A stretch of DNA of 64,000 nt from Fidelibacterota bacterium (lineage in GTDB: Bacteria > Fidelibacterota > Marinisomatia > Marinisomatales > TCS55), in the NCBI GenBank assembly GCA_046861385.1, contig JBHHTW010000003.1, positions 1-64,000 on the forward strand, in the 5' to 3' direction. Below are positions 59,257-64,000 of the stretch, in pieces (positions within the stretch are counted from its first letter, which is position 1; every line of letters begins with the position of its first letter). Position numbers and translations under genes: made by a program. The notes below the pieces were generated by a model. The model did not search any database and was not told where the DNA came from. It worked only from the letters and a program-made list of their open reading frames with translations.

Positions 59257-61079
59257 ACAGTCCTGATTTATTAGTATATAATACCGTGCCGAAATTGTTT
59301 TGGTATAATGTTGAAAACTATGGCAATGATATCACAACATGGTGGAAACAAAAAGGTCTTTGGGAATCCATAACCTGGAAGCAATATGGAGATTGGTCTC
59401 AGGATATTGCCAATGCATTATTAAATGCCGGAGTGAAACCAGGGGATAAAGTATCCATTCTCAGCCAAACCCGGTTTGAATGGGTGGTCGTTGATTTAGC
59501 CATCATGTCCATTGGTGCGGTGACTGCTCCGATTTATCACTCAAACACAGATGAACAGGTCCACTATATTGCAGATCATAGTGGATCGATATTAATATTT
59601 GCCGAGGATCAGGAACAGTTGGATAAACTGTTGAATATCTGGGGTCAATTACCGAATGTGATCCAGATTATTGTGTTTGACAAATATCAGCCAAAAGATA
59701 TTCCCAATGTGTCATCTTTATCATCATTTAGGGATAAGGGGATTCAATATGGGAAAGATAATCCCGATGAGTTGACAGATAAAATAAAACAAGGAAAGCC
59801 GGAAGATTTAATCAGTTTCATTTATACTTCAGGAACCACCGGACACCCTAAAGCGGGGATGATCAACAATCGAAATGTGTTGGCAGTCATTAAACATTTA
59901 AAGCCAATGTATCAAATGACTCGAGAAGACATGTCTATTGCATATCTCCCGCTGGCTCATATTGCGGAAAGAGACTTGGGTCATTTTATGAAACTCTATA
60001 TCGGAAATATAACCGTATTTGCCGAAAGCATGGAGGATATGCCTGCTAATTTGCGTCAAACAGGTCCAACGGTGATGTTTGGAACACCTAGAGTGTTTGA
60101 AAAATTCTATGCACGAATAACTACCGGAATAAAAGATGCCACATTGATCCAGAAAACCATTTATGAATGGGCGTTAAAAGTGGGTCAATTATTTTCAGAA
60201 ACGAAAGATGAGAATAAATCGATTTCGTTTATTTTATGGATTAAACATAAAATGGCACATTTTTTCATTTTTAAAAAAATTCATGACATTTTCGGAGGCA
60301 AAATTCGATTTATGATATCCGGCGCTGCTCCCATTTCGCCGAACATTATTCGTTATTTTCATTGGATAGGATTAGATATTTATGAAGTATATGGGATGAC
60401 AGAAACTACAGGCGTTATCTCCGCCAATCAAATGGGTCAAATCAAAATTGGATCTGTCGGGAAAATATTCCCGGATACTGAAGTCAAAATTATGGAGGAT
60501 GGAGAAATATGCTGTCGTAGTCCCCAAAATATTCAAGGTTATTATCAAAATGAAGAGGCTACTTCTAAATTATTGATTATTGATGACCAGGGAGACGAAT
60601 GGCTCCACACAGGCGATGTGGGTCACATAGATGAAGATGGTTATTTATTTATTACAGACCGGAAAAAGGATTTAATCATTACCGCAGGTGGTAAAAATGT
60701 AGCGCCACAAAATATTGAAAATTTGCTTAAGACAAGTCCTTATGTCAGCCAGGCCATGGTTTACGGGGATAAAAAGGCGTATTTAACGTCTTTGATAACT
60801 ATGGACGAAGATGAAATTGCAAAATTCGCCAGGGACAGGAAAATTTTATATCAGGACCTGGGAGATTTAACCAGGAAAAAGGAAGTCATTGAACTCATCC
60901 ACCATGAAATTTCAGTATTAAACAGAGAATTGGCTAATTATGAAACCATCAAGAAATTTCACATTCTGGAAGAAGACTTTGATCAGGATAAGGATGAACT
61001 GACTCCGACTATGAAGGTTCGCCGAAAAGTGGTTACAGAGAGATATAAGAACATTTTGGAAAATCTGTATAGATTGTAA
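59241..61079 (+). CDS. fadD: Long-chain fatty acid--CoA ligase
   Basis: YTSGTTGHPK, LPLAHIAER, YGMTE, WLHTGD, DRKKD, ELTPTMKVRR. Confidence 0.88.
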   Translation: MERTLNSPDLLVYNTVPKLFWYNVENYGNDITTWWKQKGLWESITWKQYGDWSQDIANALLNAGVKPGDKVSILSQTRFEWVVVDLAIMSIGAVTAPIYHSNTDEQVHYIADHSGSILIFAEDQEQLDKLLNIWGQLPNVIQIIVFDKYQPKDIPNVSSLSSFRDKGIQYGKDNPDELTDKIKQGKPEDLISFIYTSGTTGHPKAGMINNRNVLAVIKHLKPMYQMTREDMSIAYLPLAHIAERDLGHFMKLYIGNITVFAESMEDMPANLRQTGPTVMFGTPRVFEKFYARITTGIKDATLIQKTIYEWALKVGQLFSETKDENKSISFILWIKHKMAHFFIFKKIHDIFGGKIRFMISGAAPISPNIIRYFHWIGLDIYEVYGMTETTGVISANQMGQIKIGSVGKIFPDTEVKIMEDGEICCRSPQNIQGYYQNEEATSKLLIIDDQGDEWLHTGDVGHIDEDGYLFITDRKKDLIITAGGKNVAPQNIENLLKTSPYVSQAMVYGDKKAYLTSLITMDEDEIAKFARDRKILYQDLGDLTRKKEVIELIHHEISVLNRELANYETIKKFHILEEDFDQDKDELTPTMKVRRKVVTERYKNILENLYRL

Positions 61080-61088
61080 ATTGATGCC

Positions 61089-61988
61089 ATGAAGAAATAT
61101 GTATTATTGTTTATTATTCTTTTCCTGGCTGGCTGTGAAAAGGAAGAAGGAGAATCTTATCCTAAAGATTTGATAGGCAATTGGAAAGGATTCGAGAGAA
61201 ACTATTCCTATAATATGATTTCCAATTTATCTCAAACTGTAACTAATCCTTATGCTGAAGGTACCGGTTCAATTGAACTGAATGGAGCTGAAACTGCTTC
61301 ATTAAAATATATCTATTTTCTCAATACTAATGGTATTGTACAAATCGCTATGGCAAAAAATGTATTTGGAGTTATTTCAGAAGATATAAATTTTTCGTTA
61401 AATATTTATGACTACGGCGATTTGGGATCTTACAGTCAGTTAAAGGTATCATCAGATGATGCTGCTGAAAATTATGAAGGAGAACTTGAATTCTCATTGA
61501 TCTCCGATAATTTAGATGGCTTTGTTGAAATAGCCATAGTATCAGGTGCATTATATAATGAATTTGTTAACGATAGTGTAACAGTTACAGGTACACTAAC
61601 ATCTGTTCAGGAAAACGTGGATGCGAACAACGAAATAGAAATAGGCAATATCGATTGGGAGTTCGTTTCCTACGAAATCAGTTTTCTGATTAATGAAGAT
61701 AAGTCATTTGAGCAAACAATTCGCACAATTGATTCAGAAACACTTGAATATTCCGGCACATGGGATGCTACTCATGACGCAATAACATTTCATCATAAAA
61801 ATTATTCAGAAACATTTGAGTATAGCGTATCAAATTCAGGTCTTGAATTGATGGTTGCAAATGACCTTTGTCTTTTAAATCCCGATGTATGTTTATCACA
61901 ATATGAATTAATGTATGGAATGGAAGTGGGATCTTTGGAAAGCGTTATTTTAAATGAAACGACGTTTTTTAATAGATCATCAAATTAA
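61089..61988 (+). CDS. Hypothetical acidic lipoprotein
   Basis: Lipobox LAGC; LIGNW and SGTW lipocalin-like motifs. Confidence 0.6.
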   Translation: MKKYVLLFIILFLAGCEKEEGESYPKDLIGNWKGFERNYSYNMISNLSQTVTNPYAEGTGSIELNGAETASLKYIYFLNTNGIVQIAMAKNVFGVISEDINFSLNIYDYGDLGSYSQLKVSSDDAAENYEGELEFSLISDNLDGFVEIAIVSGALYNEFVNDSVTVTGTLTSVQENVDANNEIEIGNIDWEFVSYEISFLINEDKSFEQTIRTIDSETLEYSGTWDATHDAITFHHKNYSETFEYSVSNSGLELMVANDLCLLNPDVCLSQYELMYGMEVGSLESVILNETTFFNRSSN

Positions 61989-62725
61989 TTACTACCAAAC
62001 ATTCTCATGAGTCCGTCCGGCATGATTCTTAACAAAGGAATCATCATCTTCATTTGCCATGGGAAGACAAACGTTTTCTTACCTTTATCAATTGCCCTTA
62101 CTATTTTTTCAGCAGCTGTTTCCACTGAGAGGAGAAATGGCATGTGTTTTTGACCTGCTGTCATGGGAGTTTCAATAAACCCGGGGCAAATGGTTGTTAT
62201 TTGAATATTGTATTTGGATAGGGTTACTCTCCAACTGTCAGCCATCAAACGAATATTTGCTTTCGAACCGGCATATCCACCGTGGTAAGGAACACGCAGG
62301 TAGGATGCTACAGAACTGACATTTGCTAAAATGCCGCTTCGCTGCTCCTTCATGATCGGAATAAATGGAATTAGTGTATTGGTCACTCCCGAAACATTTG
62401 TCATTATTATTTTATTGATGGCAGATGAATCACCGTTCATCAGATCATCATGTCCGCCTACGCCGGCATTGGCTATGACCAAATCGATTCCTCCTGCCAA
62501 GTTAATAAAATCTTTTGCTGCATGTTTGGATGCTTTTTGATCTGTGACGTCTAAGGGATAGATTGTTGCATTTCCTCCCAGTTCCTTGCATTTTTCTGCA
62601 ACTTCTTCCAACTTATCTTCTCGACGGGCAGAGAGTCCGATTATGGCACTTCTTTTTGCATAATTATATGCTAAATATTCACCAATACCGCTGCTGGCGC
62701 CGGAAAGAAAAATTCGCTTTTTCAT
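61985..62725 (-). CDS. Short-chain dehydrogenase/reductase
   Basis: GASSGIG, ANAG, YAGSK, PGFIETPMT. Confidence 0.9.
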   Translation of the reverse strand: MKKRIFLSGASSGIGEYLAYNYAKRSAIIGLSARREDKLEEVAEKCKELGGNATIYPLDVTDQKASKHAAKDFINLAGGIDLVIANAGVGGHDDLMNGDSSAINKIIMTNVSGVTNTLIPFIPIMKEQRSGILANVSSVASYLRVPYHGGYAGSKANIRLMADSWRVTLSKYNIQITTICPGFIETPMTAGQKHMPFLLSVETAAEKIVRAIDKGKKTFVFPWQMKMMIPLLRIMPDGLMRMFGSN

Positions 62726-62832
62726 AGAGATCTTATCAAAATGTTTGGATGATAAAATGAGTCAGACGAAAACTGACTTATGCACGATGCTGTGTCCTGC
62801 ATAGCAATGAATTAAATACCCGTTATAAAAAT

Positions 62833-63948
62833 TCAAATTCGGATAAATATTTTTTTTCTGTACAACCAATAAAGAATCAACCACCACATCAAAACATGGG
62901 TCAGGGCAAATAATAGGGAACCATTCATGTTCCCTGCCATTGGCTGAAAAATTGTTTTATATAAATATGAATAGCCGGAGACCATTTCGCCGTTCAGCGA
63001 AAATTTTATTTTTAATATGGTTTTAGCCCATAATCCTGATCCCACAAATACAAAAATGGAATTGGTTCCATAGATGATAAAGGGCTGAAAAATCTTCTTG
63101 TAACCTTTGATATCAATAACCCAAATCAGTCCTGTTAAAACCAGCGTGGCAATCCCTGCAGTAAATACCACATAAGAACTGGTCCATAACGCTTTATTGA
63201 TGGGCATAAAAATAGACCATATTAGTCCAACGATAATTTGAATTGATCCGGTAATGGCTAAATTTTTCAGAATTTTCCCCCGATTTTCTCCGGCTGTTTG
63301 AATCATCACACCAGCCATATATCCAAAAAGTACCGTTATAACAGATGATATAGTGCTGAATAGTCCTTCCGGATCAAATGGAATACCCGTTCCCCTCCAT
63401 AGATGGTTTGATCCGAGTAGAAACATATCTATTTTCCGGATAAGATTTCCTTCCAGTGAATATGGATCTGGGCCTCCAAATCCCCACATGATAAGCCAAT
63501 AAGCAATTAATGTTGCCGGAATTATTTTCCAAAGGTCTTTAATTGAAAAACGAATTACAAGAACAGCGCTGATTCCGTAAGCTAATGCAATCCTTTGGAG
63601 AACTCCCATAATGCGGATATTTCCCCAATTCCAATCCTGGCGAATAAATGGAAAAATGCCTAAAAGGAATCCGAAAACGAAAATGGTTACAGTTCGCCAA
63701 AATATTTTCGAGTATATTTCCCGACTAGGTTTAAAATCGAATTTTGAGAATGAAAACCTCATGGCAACGCCGACAATAAATAAGAAAAATGGAAACACTA
63801 AGTCAGTGGGTGTACATCCATGCCAGTGTGCATGCCGGAATGGAGCATATACATAAGACCAACTACCGGGGTTATTGACCAGTATCATTAAGGCGATGGT
63901 CATGCCTCTAAATACATCCAGGGCGAAAAATCTATTTGTTTGTTTCAT
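62833..63948 (-). CDS. NagX / HGSNAT-like (DUF1624/DUF5009) membrane acyltransferase
   Basis: LDVFRG..ILVN, HAHWHG.TPTDLVFPFF, GVLQRIAL, FDPEG, INKALWTSSY. Confidence 0.88.
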   Translation of the reverse strand: MKQTNRFFALDVFRGMTIALMILVNNPGSWSYVYAPFRHAHWHGCTPTDLVFPFFLFIVGVAMRFSFSKFDFKPSREIYSKIFWRTVTIFVFGFLLGIFPFIRQDWNWGNIRIMGVLQRIALAYGISAVLVIRFSIKDLWKIIPATLIAYWLIMWGFGGPDPYSLEGNLIRKIDMFLLGSNHLWRGTGIPFDPEGLFSTISSVITVLFGYMAGVMIQTAGENRGKILKNLAITGSIQIIVGLIWSIFMPINKALWTSSYVVFTAGIATLVLTGLIWVIDIKGYKKIFQPFIIYGTNSIFVFVGSGLWAKTILKIKFSLNGEMVSGYSYLYKTIFQPMAGNMNGSLLFALTHVLMWWLILYWLYRKKIFIRI

Positions 63949-64000
63949 GAGTCTAATTGTGAAATGAGTTTACTCCAAATCCACCAAAACCCAAAGCCTG

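Noticed and set aside
1-64000. CRISPR array, rRNA, transposase, prophage genes
   Set aside because: No regularly spaced repeats or recognisable motifs found by eye

Overview
Low-GC (AT-rich) bacterial chromosome segment, mostly core metabolism. Several features point to the FCB superphylum, possibly a Marinimicrobia/Ignavibacteria-like lineage: PorV-family protein, long Cys-free SecA, Ca-motif TonB receptor (taxonomy is inference only). Contents in order: (1) mazEF module abutting aspS, SDR, pcm, divergent macrodomain/CobB pair, small envelope genes, phoH. (2) thiolase-acyl-CoA dehydrogenase-ilvE-nusB-secA-cystathionine lyase run. (3) tRNA-Leu(TAG) followed by a duplicated 3' end interrupted by a perfect 20-bp palindrome. 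(4) ~17-kb respiratory cluster: HEAT protein, Rieske, split b6-type cytochrome b, 8-heme cytochrome c, two cupredoxin-motif paralogs flanking two Rrf2 regulators, A1-type heme-copper oxidase and assembly genes. (5) Minus-strand TonB receptor / large secreted protein / PorV / 1498-aa acyl-CoA synthetase-GNAT fusion block. (6) GAF-HD-GYP, SLC13, MATE, LIV-type ABC transporter linked to fadD, SDR, NagX-like protein. Several REP/MITE-like palindromic repeats sit in intergenic regions. Two best candidates for undescribed systems: a bc-oxidase chain whose two periplasmic partners end in near-identical acidic Trp tails, with a Lys-rich putative copper shuttle; and the TBDR-cargo-PorV-synthetase/GNAT block. 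No CRISPR array, rRNA, transposase or integrase seen. All family calls are from motif recognition, not database searches.
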